Shown here: positions 25,087 to 37,367 of the stretch, one piece after another
How the letters are laid out: every line of letters begins with the position of its first letter
Position numbering within the stretch: position 1 is the stretch's first letter
From: Seison nebaliae
Taxonomy: Eukaryota
DNA length: 64,000 bases
Direction of reading: 5' to 3'
NCBI GenBank assembly: GCA_023231475.1
Contig: JALJEE010002922.1
Coordinates: forward strand, 1 to 64,000
Notes under the pieces: generated by a model
The model's database searches: none
Told to the model about the DNA's origin: nothing
Seen by the model: only the letters and a program-made list of their open reading frames with translations
Position numbers and translations under genes: made by a program

Positions 25087-26969
25087 ATGAACGAACCGTC
25101 AACGATGGACCTAATTTATGCGAGAGCTGCTTGTTGCGAACATTTGAGAAGCGTTGAATTACTCTCTGAAATTCCATCTATTCCAACCGAAATTTCAAAT
25201 TATTTACAACAGCTTAATGTCGACATGAATGGATGTTATGCAAATAAATTGTCGAATCGTCTCGTTGTCAATGCGAAACATTTAGACGAATCATTCTATG
25301 ATGGAGATAAACAACCAGATAAGCATTACAGTCAATATATCGATTATAATTTAATTGATAATTTATATGATGATCATTCATTTGATAGTGTGACATCGAT
25401 AGCATCCCAATCTACATCGACTACCAACATCATTACAATTTCCGGCATAGTCGCGCTATTTTTAAGCATCATACTTTTATTATGTCTTCTCATTTATTCA
25501 ATAAGGAAAAAGTTAATTTTATTTTTTTTTTCATTATTATCATATGTGATCATTTTTGAAGGAAATTGAAATTGAGAAAGAATTGTGAGAGACTTAATTC
25601 AACTGATTTGAGTGAAGATTCCAATAAAGTGTTTCCTACTCAATCCAATTTGAGTAGTGGCGTCACAAAATATACGAATAACGGCCAATGTTCGAACAAT
25701 GCTGAAGACACGTTAATGAATTGTCAACAACAGAAGTATAATATTCCTTGTTCTTATCATTTAAATAATGGAGAATTAATGAATTTCAATAATTTTCAAA
25801 CTAATTCTGATCAATTTCTATTGAATGGCAATTTCCCAAATTTAACTCGACAACAACAACAACAACAACAACCAATAATTCAATCGACAATGTTAAATAA
25901 TAATCATGTTGATAATGAACCATCATCTTATCCAATGTATCAATATTCATCATATGAACAAATTTTGAACGATGATCTTCCCATTTCATATTTTCCTAAA
26001 ACGAATAGCGGGAAACCAATAATAACAACAACAGCTCAACCACAATACGTTTTCGTTCAACAACCAAATCAACAACAACAGCAAGAGACGATGATTATAA
26101 ATACGGAGAATGATGGAATGAATCTCCAGTCACTGAACATGAATAATACGGCAACAATTCGGATTAATGGACAAAATTATTTGGTTTGTTTCATTTAAAA
26201 TTTCTCATTTTATTATTTTCCGCTTGATTAGATAATGAATACAGCGAAGTTTAACGAACCAAATACGGACAGTGGAATAATGGCTCATGGCGAAGATAAA
26301 TCAACCTCATCCACTTCAAACTTCAATGACGGAAGTGTTAAAACAACTAACTTCATTCCTGTCAATCGACAAGAATTCTCTTCTACTTCTGGTCATTCAT
26401 CATTGACCACCACATCAACTATCGATAAAGAGAAGACGAAAGAAGAGAATAAACGTCCAAAAAAAAAGACGAAAATTCGTTCGTCGACGAAAATGAAACA
26501 GAAACCAGAGAAAAGTGAAACATCTTTTTGTTCGTCCAGTTCCTCCTCATTGACTAAACAGCCCCTATTAAAATTTGGTAAATCGAATAATGGAGAAAAG
26601 AACAAGAATTCACCAATCATTTCCACAATCGGCAATTCGTCATCTGAAGGAATTTCAATGAATTATTCTCCGTTAAAAAACCAAATTCCACAATATAATC
26701 ATTTCGATGATAATAACAACAACAACAATAACAATAATAATAATAATCACCAAATCCATCAATATCACGCACACAATTTACAAGCAGCAGAAAACCATGT
26801 TAATGGAATAATTTTATCCGGAAACAATGAAAATTTATTTCAAATGAACAAATTTGGATTCTCTTATAAACAATTCCCTCAACAACTCGATACGTTGAAT
26901 GAAGAGGTTCGTGACATCGACATGAAAGAACATCAGTATGACGAGGTGAATAACCAACAAGTATTATAG
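25087..26969 (+). CDS. Uncharacterised single-pass membrane protein with a long Q/N/S-rich tail; spliced
   Basis: Hydrophobic IITISGIVALFLSIILLLCLLIYSI followed by RKKK; introns 25512-25561 and 26184-26231 join three ORFs in frame; 5' end uncertain. Confidence 0.65.
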
Positions 26970-27065
26970 AAAGAAATCCTTTCGATTTTCCAAATATTTT
27001 ATTCTTTAAAACTTCATTCCGGTGACATTCCTTTCAAATAAACTAGTCTGTTCAAATCGTAAAAT

Positions 27066-28389
27066 TTATGTTTCATTAACAACTTCTTCTAGATTGTTGG
27101 GGATGTTAGCCGATCTCGGAATAGGATAGGCGTAAGTATAACCCGGTTGAAGGAAAAGATCTTTTAATAAAGTCGAATGAAAATCCGCCACATATCCCAG
27201 AATTCCTTTATTCGTTTCCGCACTTCTCGATTTCAACGAACTATTAGTTAAAGTGATTAATCTCGTTATTTCGATATTCCACGAATTCTCCGCAAATATC
27301 CGACATATTGCAGCTAAATATGGCGAGCCAGTATAATCATGATTTGATGTGACAGTTCCATATGATTCTAGAAAAAAACATAAACATCTTTTAAATTCCA
27401 TTTTAATCAATAAATTTCAAACTGTAGAGACCGGAAGTAGCTAAAAATATGTCGCTATTAGCTGGCACCAAATCACCATAAACATCATACGGTGTACTTT
27501 TAGTGGTGAATGGAGTTTTCGTCTTTGAAAGTTTAACAGGAAAAAGCCCGCTATCAAAATCTATTCAAAAAATGTAAAATAAAAATTAATAAAAATTTGA
27601 AAAGAACATTTGGGAGTCGTATCAATGAACAACATTTTCGGTCGTCTATCCAGTGCCCTTTCCATCGCATAGACAATGTTGGACACCTAAAAATAATATT
27701 GTAAGAAATAAATTTGAGATTATTGAATAATCATCAAAAACTAGAATATATCGATTATCTCTTCCATAAACTCGATTTTTAGTTCCAGGTGCAATTATCA
27801 TGATGGCCATAGCGTCCCATTCGGGATAACCCTGAGCTAAACCATAAGAACTTTCATGAAGATAATTTTCAATTACTGTTCTCATTTGCTAAAAAGGGAA
27901 ATTAGTTCTTTGAGAATTCAATCGAAAAATTTAACAGTTGCCTTCAAATTCTCATAACTTACCGGAAGGAAATTTAATTGATGAAATAAAGTTTCGAAAT
28001 TTCTTTTGTCAATTTGATTTCCCAGACAAGATTCCGCATTCTCCTGATTCTGTGAATGAGGTGAATTGACGATCAGTAACGCTTTTCCTCTCATTCGTTG
28101 TGTCATCACATATTTCTGAGAGAGAGAGAGAGAGTGAGAGAGATGGAATTATGTAAAATGGAAAAATTTTAATTTTTACCGTTCGGTCATTAAATGGATT
28201 AGTCTCTGGATTATTTCGATTAGTTGGTTGATATCGACGCATTGGAGTATTGACATATCCGGGAGTGGAATAATATTCGTAAGGAAACATTGATCCTTTC
28301 GCATCTTTTCGTTTCGAGTTATTGAATAAGTTTAATTTTAAAAATCCTAAAACAGGTTTCTTTTTCTTCTTTTCCTCATAATTTTCCAT
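27066..28389 (-). CDS. Caspase-like protein (p20+p10 fold), predicted catalytically inactive; 6 exons
   Basis: KYVMTQRMRGKALLIVN, DKRNFETLFHQLNF..YENL, IMIIAPG (SHG position), RPKMLFIDTTPK (QACRG position), PANSDIFLA, GSPYLAAICRIF, FHSTLLKDLFLQPG. Confidence 0.85.
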
Positions 28390-28527
28390 TTAATTCTATT
28401 CAATAATTTTTTATTTTCTAATCCGATAAAAAATTTGAGTGAAACTTTGATCGTTTGTGCGAAACAATAATCACATCGTTAATTCGACAAATTTTACGCA
28501 TCGTTTATTTGCAGTTACCGTTTGGCG

Positions 28528-28535
28528 TGACGTCA
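28528..28535. promoter_or_regulatory. Perfect CRE palindrome TGACGTCA about 140 nt upstream of the caspase-like ATG
   Basis: Seen directly; function inferred. Confidence 0.35.
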
Positions 28536-28979
28536 GAAATAGGAAAGTGATGATTCATTTACCATTCTAAATAAATAAGCTTTATAAAAAGTTCACTCAA
28601 ATTTCAAATAGATAATTATGTTAATCATTCTGTCGATGAAGATATTCTCCTATTATTAAGTATTATCATTTACTTATTAGAAGATATTAGAAGATATTAG
28701 AAGAAATTGAAAATTGGATAAGAAACTTTTTAATTTTTATTTTCATAAAAAGAATGAATAGAAATAAAATAATAAGACAAGTGACCAGAAAATGAAATTA
28801 GTTCCACATAAATAAGGAAATATAAACTTTCAAAGAACAAACAACAAAATAATCACAACAATGTTCTCAATGAAATTTGTCATATGTTTCGTGAGAGAAA
28901 ATGTTGGATGAAATAAAAATTGTATAAAATTTAGATGAACTACTTTTTGAAAATGAACAGAATTCTCGTTGTATTATAA

Positions 28980-31580
28980 TCATTTCAAGAAGAACTCTCC
29001 CTCCTCCATTCCATCCAGAAATTTATCAACTCTCATCTCAGGTGGAGACTAAAAATGAAATAAATTTTAAAAATAATTTGAAACAATCTAACTTGTTTTA
29101 CAGCTTCCAATAAATCGATTAATGATTTAATTCCGATAAATAATCTAAATAAATTTTATGAATTTATGTGAAATTTATAATAAAATAAACCTTTTTGATG
29201 TCAATTTTCGTTGAATGGTTGCTAAATCATTTCGTGTGAAGACGTCCGATCGTTCTTTTAAGACGTTGATAATATGATCGACTTCGTTGAGACTGTGCAC
29301 ATGGATCATATGAGAGAAAGCGGCAGTTAATCCGAGTTCCCTCAAGAATTTCGTGTCAGTCGAAGTGGCTATAATAAAGAGTTTTTTCCCTTTCACTGGT
29401 TGTTTTCTTAAAAGAGTTTTCAACGTCTGAAGAACGAGATTGGAGAATCGTGGTCCAATTGATGCATAATCCATCAAACTCTCAATATCATCGAGAACGA
29501 TACAACTTTGTTTAGATTTGTAAGCGTCGTCAAATGTCTTCTTCAATTGAAGACATTTGGCTGATTCGGTGAATCCGATCATTTTCTCAGTAGAACAAAA
29601 TTTCAAAAATGGAAATTTCGTTTCTAGTGCAATTTTCGATGCGATTGCCGTTTTCCCACTGTTAGGTGCTCCATAAAGTAGAATGGAAACGAGTGGAGTG
29701 ATAGAAGAATTGAGAACTTGTTTGACTCTCGCACGTCCTTCCTCCAGAATATGATTCACATTCTCATTCCATTTGAGAATTCCGTAACTGATTCTTTCTT
29801 CCAATTCTAATGCTTCACATCCGAATGCCGCTTTAACATCATTCTCTAAAGCATGATTAAAATCAGCCATTGTCACATTAAAATTATTTATTGCTTCTTG
29901 ATCAATTTTCAAATTATCTGACGCTTTCACTTGACGATTCATCGCTGTTGATTGTGCCGCACGAACCAAACCTTCAATTTCAGCCCCAGAAAAATTTCTC
30001 GTTTTTCCTGCCAACAATTTCAAATCGACATCACTTCCCAACATTCCACATTCACTCATTTGTTTCGTGTGAATGTTGAGGATTTGGAGACGACCTTTCT
30101 CATCCGGTAAATTTATTTCTACTTGAACTTCTAATCTTCCTGGTCTAATTAATGCTTCATCAATCATATCTTTTCGATTTGTCATTCCGATAACTAAAAT
30201 ATTATTAAGTTGACGAACACCATCAATCTTACTTAATAACTGATTGACAACTGTATCATTAACACCAGAACTTCCTGATACACTTCCGCGTTGTTTACAA
30301 ATAGCATCGATTTCATCGAAAATGATAATGTGCAATCCGCTATTTGGACCTTTTTTCTTTTCCTCTTCTTCCGCATCAGCGAATAAATTTCGAATTTTCG
30401 ATTCCGATTCACCAACATATTTATCCAGAATTTCTGGACCATTCACAATTTTCGGCTCTTTAGCATTTAACATTTGACCGATTTGTCTCGCCATTAATGT
30501 CTTACCAGTTCCCGGCGGTCCAAATAACAAAATTCCCTTCACATGTTTCATTCCCAATTGTGTAATAATATCAGGCGGGAAAACACGAGAAGCGAATGCA
30601 CGTCGAAATATAGCATTAAATTCTTCGTCCAATCCACCAATTCCCATTTTTTGAAAATTCCAATCCGGATTAATTATCGGTTGGATATTCTTATTACTTG
30701 CTTTATTATTTCCTATCAACATCACCATCGGCGTACTCGATGATTGGAAAAGTATTAAAGAGTTTCCCGTCAACACTCCACTTGTTGCTTCTTTCACACC
30801 TTTTTTATTTTGAACGAGAGCAGCAGCATCGACATCTAAAATAATTAATTTAATCATTTTCTTTTTCAAAATAAATCGAAAACTTTCTAATTTTGAGATA
30901 ACCATCAATAATGAACGAGAGTCTTCATATTGAACCACAAACTAGAAAATTGAGATTAATAAAAACTTTACAACAAAAGAAAAGAAATTTCAAAGGAAAA
31001 AAAAATTGAATGAAAAAAAAGGAAAAAATTTCAGGAAAAATTTTTAAGAAAAAATTTCAACGAACTTCTTGATTTCGATGGAAATAATGTTGATTAAATA
31101 ATTCCAATAGAGATTGTGATAAAATTTCCGTTTTAATCGGTTTCGTTGTGGCACTAAAAAATTTGGGAGTAATTTTAAAAAAAGTTTAAAAAATTCGGAA
31201 ACTCTTTCGGTAAGAGAAATCTTACTTCGACTGTTAAGGTTGAAATGATCTCTTTCTTCATATCGGGTAGAAATACTCGTAGACGACATGGTCGATCGAC
31301 AGCAATATCCCCCCAACGTCTCTGAAAATAACCGAAGGCGATATGGCCTCGTTTGACTAGATTGGTTCGTCCAATATTCCAAACAAGAGTAAAACGGCCA
31401 CCTTCTTGCACGACTTCGGCATATCTTTATATGAAAAGAACGTGATGTTTATAGAAGAAAACGAAATGAAATTAACTGGACATCTTTCGGGAGAATAGAC
31501 TCGTCTTCACTGATGTAAACTTTGTCAGTGTATGACAAAGTGTCTGTGGGTAATTTAATTGCGTTCAACGAATTATTCAT
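28980..31580 (-). CDS. NSF: Vesicle-fusing ATPase NSF; 7 exons
   Basis: N-terminus [67 protein letters not shown], second Walker [10 protein letters not shown]-terminal exons [17 protein letters not shown]. Confidence 0.97.
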
Positions 31581-32273
31581 TTGTTGACGAGAAAATTATT
31601 TGTATTAATAATGAAAAAAATTTCCTGTGTCATGAAATAGAAAGATAGAAAGTTGTTCAAGAAAAAAATCGATGAGAGAGGAATAAAAAGAAGATAAGAG
31701 AATAATAATAAAAGTGAAGGTCATTATTCCCATATTAGTTTAATGGGAATGTCGTTCCGAACAAACAGTCGTGCAGTTCAAACGATTTTCATGTAAAATG
31801 ACGAAGAGATACTATAGATTCTATAATACAGAAAGATATCCGGAATGACCTTCAATTAATTTATGGTCATTATGAAAGAAATTTTATAAATAAATCCAAT
31901 TTATTTCCAAATCCAAAAATTTCCTGTCTACATCTGCACATTCTTTTTGAGATATCTCATTATTTCTAGCGAGTTTCCGTGCGAGAAACAAATTTTGTAA
32001 ATAAATAACAAGAAATTTTGTGGAAAACAATAAAAAAGTTTGTAAAAGAAGAAGGAAATTTGGGAAGAAAAATAAGAAAATTTATGAAAAAATAAAATGT
32101 CAGAAAATTTGTGAGAAATACATAAATTTTTTCATTGAACGAACAATATTAATATTAAGGAAATATCGACTATTCCATAAAGTCGAGTCTGCCATCAATC
32201 TTTTTAAATTGTCCTAATGAAATCGTCAGTGGGTCAGACGTGTAAGAATAAGAATAATTCGGTTGCGTAAGAC

Positions 32274-32326
32274 AGAGAGAGAGAGAGAGAGAAAGAGAAG
32301 AGAGAAGAGAGCGAGAAAAAGAGAAG
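32274..32326. repeat. GA-rich microsatellite in the NSF/UPF3 divergent intergenic region
   Basis: (GA)n run degrading to GAGAA units; a TTGCGTAA site lies just upstream. Confidence 0.8.
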
Positions 32327-33329
32327 TTTATTATTAAATGGATATATTATAATGAAAGTTATGATGTTACCTATTTTTTGGTCGAAGAAAATAAGTAGTT
32401 TGTGAGAGAATTAATCTCCAATTCACCAATGTTTTATTCGCCCCCTAATATTATTGACAATTGAATCATAAGGAAAATTTATTTGAATTAGAAATGTCAA
32501 AGAATAATTTGCGACTTCTAATAATCAATAAGACATAATATTTTCTTGCAAAAATAATTGTACAAAGCTTGAGAATTTAGGAAGAAAATAAAATGAGTTA
32601 GAAAATCGAAAAAAACATCTTCTTAATAAATTTTCAGTTATTCATCCAACTTAATGAAATGAATTCTTATGGACATTACAAAGTACTTATTATTAACCTA
32701 AATATTATTATTCATAAGTGATGTTATTTGATATGTGTTAGGAGAAGGAAGGAAATTGAACAAATATATCTTATTATCATATCCATCTCATCTCAATAAT
32801 CAGTAGTACACTTGTATTAATTGGGAGTGATGAAAAGAGATTATTCATAAATAAAAATTAAATTGAACAAGTAGTTGATGAATAGGATTGGTATTCCATC
32901 ATCCTCACTCAAATTTACACATGACAAGAATAAATTTTATTATTTGAAAGAAAACAAATTTTTTCACATTGAACTATAAAATTATGGGACAAAATATCAA
33001 ATAATTATTAGATAATATTCCAAATCTTTTTATACGGCAATTAAGGAGGAAAAGTAAAACATATGAAATAATTGAATTAATATATGTAATTCTCATTATA
33101 ATAAAGGTAATTTGTAATTGAATTGAAGTAATAAAAATTGCGCTAAGAAAAATGGAATTGTAATTGATTTGATGGATTTGGATTATTCGAATCCTAATGA
33201 AATAGGAGAAGGTAATATTCTAAAGTGAAAGCTCAAAAAGTTGAGATCGAATAAAAATTAGATTCATTTCAATTTTATTAATTGATGACGATAGATATCT
33301 AGTTTTTCTATTTCTTATTTTAATTGTCA

Positions 33330-34680
33330 ATGGCAACACGAGTCGTTGTGAAGAATATTCCGGACGAGATTTCCTTCAAGAATCTCCTACCTCCAATCCA
33401 ATTCGACAATTATCGATATGATGAACCATATTTTCGGTAAGTCTCCCAACTATTCCACATTCTCACTTAATTCTTTCAGTTATACTTCCCACGAATTGGC
33501 GAAAGCATATCTTACATTCAATTCCTACGATGAAGTGATGGAATTTAAGAAATATTTCGATGAATTAACTATGATCGATAGTGAAGGTTAGTTAATGATT
33601 GAAATGATTGAATTCATTTTACCATTAACAGGAATCTCACGTGAATTGATTGTGGAATTGGCAACGATACAACCAACTCTTATTAAAAAGGAAAAGAAAA
33701 TGAATAAGAAAGTGAATACTTTGGCAGAGGGTTTTTTTTTTCAAATTTTTTTTCTCTTCGATAACATCAACTTTTTCCCAGATAACGATTATTTGAATTT
33801 TCTAAAAGAGTTGAGGAATGAAGCAGATAATTTGTTAGATAATGACAATAAGATCGAAGACAAGAGAATAAACGAATTGATTAACGAACAATTAGAGAAA
33901 GGAACGAATAAAAAAGAGTTGGATGATGAAGTGAAGAAAGAATTCAATGATAATGTCTCAGATAAGAACACGAAAAAAAATGAAAAGAAACCAATAGAGA
34001 AAGACAATGATACGAACAAATCTTGTAATATTTCTATCATTCAAAATGAAGGAAAAAAGAAAAAGAAATTTGATGAATCGAAATCGGAAAAAAAATCAAA
34101 TCAGAATTATAAATCTTTCAAGAACAATAAGGATGATGATGGTATCACTATCGTCATGGTACCAAAGAAGAGTGATACATCTATCAATGATAAATCATCA
34201 ACGAATATTTCCATTCAAACATCAACCACTTCCTCCTCCAAACGATACAGTGAACGGTTGTCACATCGCAATTTCTCAAAGAAGAATTGGTCAAAAGAAG
34301 ATCAATATGAGAAGAAGAAAATGAAAGCGCCAGAAGTTCGATTCGATTTGAACGTGCCAAACCCGACCACAAACCCGACCACACGATATAGTCAAAATCG
34401 ATACGGAAAGAATTATCGTCGAGATCATTTCAATCGACCAGATCGTTCCACAAATATCAAAGTTGAAGAACAAAAATCGTCGACGAAATTGAAAAATCAA
34501 TCTGAACCGAAATTAGTTAAATTTTTTTATTTTCAATTAAAATTAATATTTTAATAATAATAATAATAATTTGAATAGAATACTGATTGGAAAAAAAATA
34601 AGAATGATTCGAAATCGAAAAGACCTGACATGCCATTGTATAATCCGGCGACAAGATTTCGGGGAAAAGATGAACTTTGA
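33330..34680 (+). CDS. UPF3: Regulator of nonsense transcripts 3 (UPF3/Smg-4); 5 exons
   Basis: MATRVVVKNIP..AKAYLTFNSYDEVMEFKKYFD..IDSEG..IVELA..TLAEDNDYLNFL (Smg4/UPF3 RRM-like domain) and C-terminal EJC-binding-type motif RPDMPLYNP; introns 33437-33479, 33587-33631, 33731-33781, 34516-34578. Confidence 0.85.
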
Positions 34681-34769
34681 TTCATTTACATAAGAAGAAA
34701 ATCTCTCACATTATTTGTCAGATGAAAAATCTTTATTAAAAATAAATCTTTTTTCCTGTTACCAAAAAA

Positions 34770-37213
34770 ATGAAATATATTTTTCTTTTATTTTTAATCG
34801 TTTGTCAAATCGACCGATTTTTCGCTTTATGCAATTTCGATGCTTTGGATGGCGATAGTTAACCATTAAACTTGTCCGAGAATTTCTCAATATTTTTCAG
34901 AGGCGGAAAGTCTACCAAAATTTCCCGAAAGTTTCGATGCAATTATCGAAATTTCAGAGAGTTCCCGTCAGAAGGTGATGGTGGTGAATGAAAAATATGA
35001 TTCGAGAACGAATGCTGCACGTCTCAACTATATTAAAGATGATGAGGTATTAAGTGTCTTGTACGATTTCGAACATAATGATCTCATTCAACGATCAGGA
35101 GATACTTGTCAAGTGACAAAGATATCTGATGCACCATTTAATGTATTTATTGGATCGAAAGCGATTAATGCCAGTTATGATAAAGTGTTTAATAGTAAGA
35201 GTTTATTCTTCTTAAATACCGATTGGAAATATGTTAAAATTCTGAATATCCTAAATAATTGATCAATAATTAATTTAGAATGTGGTGTCAATGGGTGGGG
35301 AAAATTTACCTTTATTTTCCACTTGCTACAAAGTGGCGTCGATGAATTTGGATGTTCAATTAAATTTAATGGTAAAAGGTAAAATTTTTGTTTTCGTCCA
35401 AATTCTTATTTTGTTTAAAAAAAAAAAGAATATCCGGGTAAAACGTATAGTGTTCCTCGACAATTAATCGCGATGGGATCATATAAAGATGATGATGGAA
35501 AAGTTGTGGAATTCTCCAACACTTATAATTATGTATCATTCATTGAATCGGTACATAATGAACTGGGTGCCTTTCAAGTTGGAGAATAATTTCATTCAAT
35601 CGGTATACATTTAACAACCATTTTTTTCATAGTTGAACGGTGCTTATTGTGAGAATAAGACACCAACAATTGCTGTACCGAAAATGAAATATAATTATTT
35701 CGCATTTGCAATGGAGACGAAGAAAGATGAAATTAATTTTTTCGATACATCTTATGTTAATTTTTTTAAATATTTTAAATTCAGTTTTAATACCATTTTT
35801 TCCAGGAATATTATGATTATAACGAAAAATTGTTCCGATGGGACAAACTAGTTGATTTATCTACCGGTTTCGAAACGGTCATTCATGACGAACGAATGGG
35901 ATTGGCTTATATCATTAATTCCACTTATTTATCATGTCAAATTAAAACGATCGACGTTCAATCACCAGACGTATTACCGAACGAGATGGACCCACATAAA
36001 ATCATTATGAGGAATCCTCAAGCCTTCTTCTATATGGAAAAAGGCGATTGGTATTATGAAGGAAAAGTTCTCTCCATTTCCATCACATCTTCCATAATTC
36101 CTTCCTACATTGTTAGTTTATGGTACGTGGTGTTTTATGCGACGCATGGATAGGTAAACGAAAAGTGGACGATGCAATTTATACCATCTGGGAATGGTTC
36201 ATCATGTCAGATAGTGTAGCGGAGAGTGACGGACCGAATTTCGATTTCAATAATCCTGTACGAGCCGTTGTTACCACATATATTCCGGATCCGGTGGCAG
36301 TTAAATTAAATTCATTCATCAAGAAGTTTTAGAGGAAATTATTTTAGGGAACACAAACTATTCGTCGAGAATTCAATCTGAATCATTTCACTACCGAAGA
36401 ACCAGATATCAGTAAATTCGATGTAGGATTATGTTATCGTGGGAAGATGGTAAGACATTTTATGATATCGCTGGATGGAACTTATGTTGATAATGTTCAA
36501 ATGAACAAAGCATTATTCTTATTAGAATGTCGTATCGCACTTCAACGAGCAACTAATTTGACTTCACTTCGTATCTCAAATATTGAAGTTTCTAAAATTT
36601 TTCTTCAATTAAAACTGAAACTAAAAAAAATTATTTTACTATTCAAATTCTTAGATCGATTACACTGAAAATAATATTGATGTTATATTCACTTTGTTGG
36701 ACGTGCCCACACAAGACGGAAATGTTGTAGAGAAAGGTTTCGTTCATTTTAAAAATTGTTGAAGATGAAGTGCCTTTTAGAAAAACAAATTCCGTTAAAC
36801 GTCGCTATTCGTAACTTGAAGGAAACTGTGAAAAGTAATCGATTTATTGTCACTACTGTTGGGAAGAAAGATAAGAAAGTTTTTTTAATTTAAGATTTTA
36901 ATTTTAATTTTGGAAATTTCTCAGAAACAATTTCTTGTTGCTTTACCAAAGAGTTTGGCTGAAGTAGAACGTTTACCAAAGAAAACGAAATTTTTAATAA
37001 AAGATTTTTCTGCAGGTTTTTTTTTTCATTTCTATTCATTGCATTAACAATGAGCAACTTGATGTAGGTGCATTGGCCGGTATGGGTATTGCTATGGTCG
37101 TCATTGGCATGCTCATAGGAATGGGTGTCTTGTACGGTTATGAGAAGATTACTAATAAACGGTACAATGGAGGAGCGCAGATGGTTTTTGTAAACAATTC
37201 ATTTAAGAATTAG
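34770..37213 (+). CDS. Type I membrane protein with two ependymin-related/LolA-like domains, copy 1; many exons
   Basis: Signal peptide MKYIFLLFLIVCQ; PKFPESFDAIIE..EKYD..VLYDF..C; EYYDYNEKLFRWD..IHDERMGLAYII..C; VRGVLCDAW; TM GALAGMGIAMVVIGMLIGMGVLYGY. The domain name is my inference. Confidence 0.7.
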
Positions 37214-37367
37214 AATGACATTGAACACTTTTCTATTTACCTTTTACAATGAATAAACTTATCTAATTAAATCGAAATTCGTCGTCGTCCTTCTTAATCT
37301 ACTCCTCCAATTATTATCACGAATCTTTTTTACTGTAATGTCAATTCTTAGAAATTAGCGAACTAAA

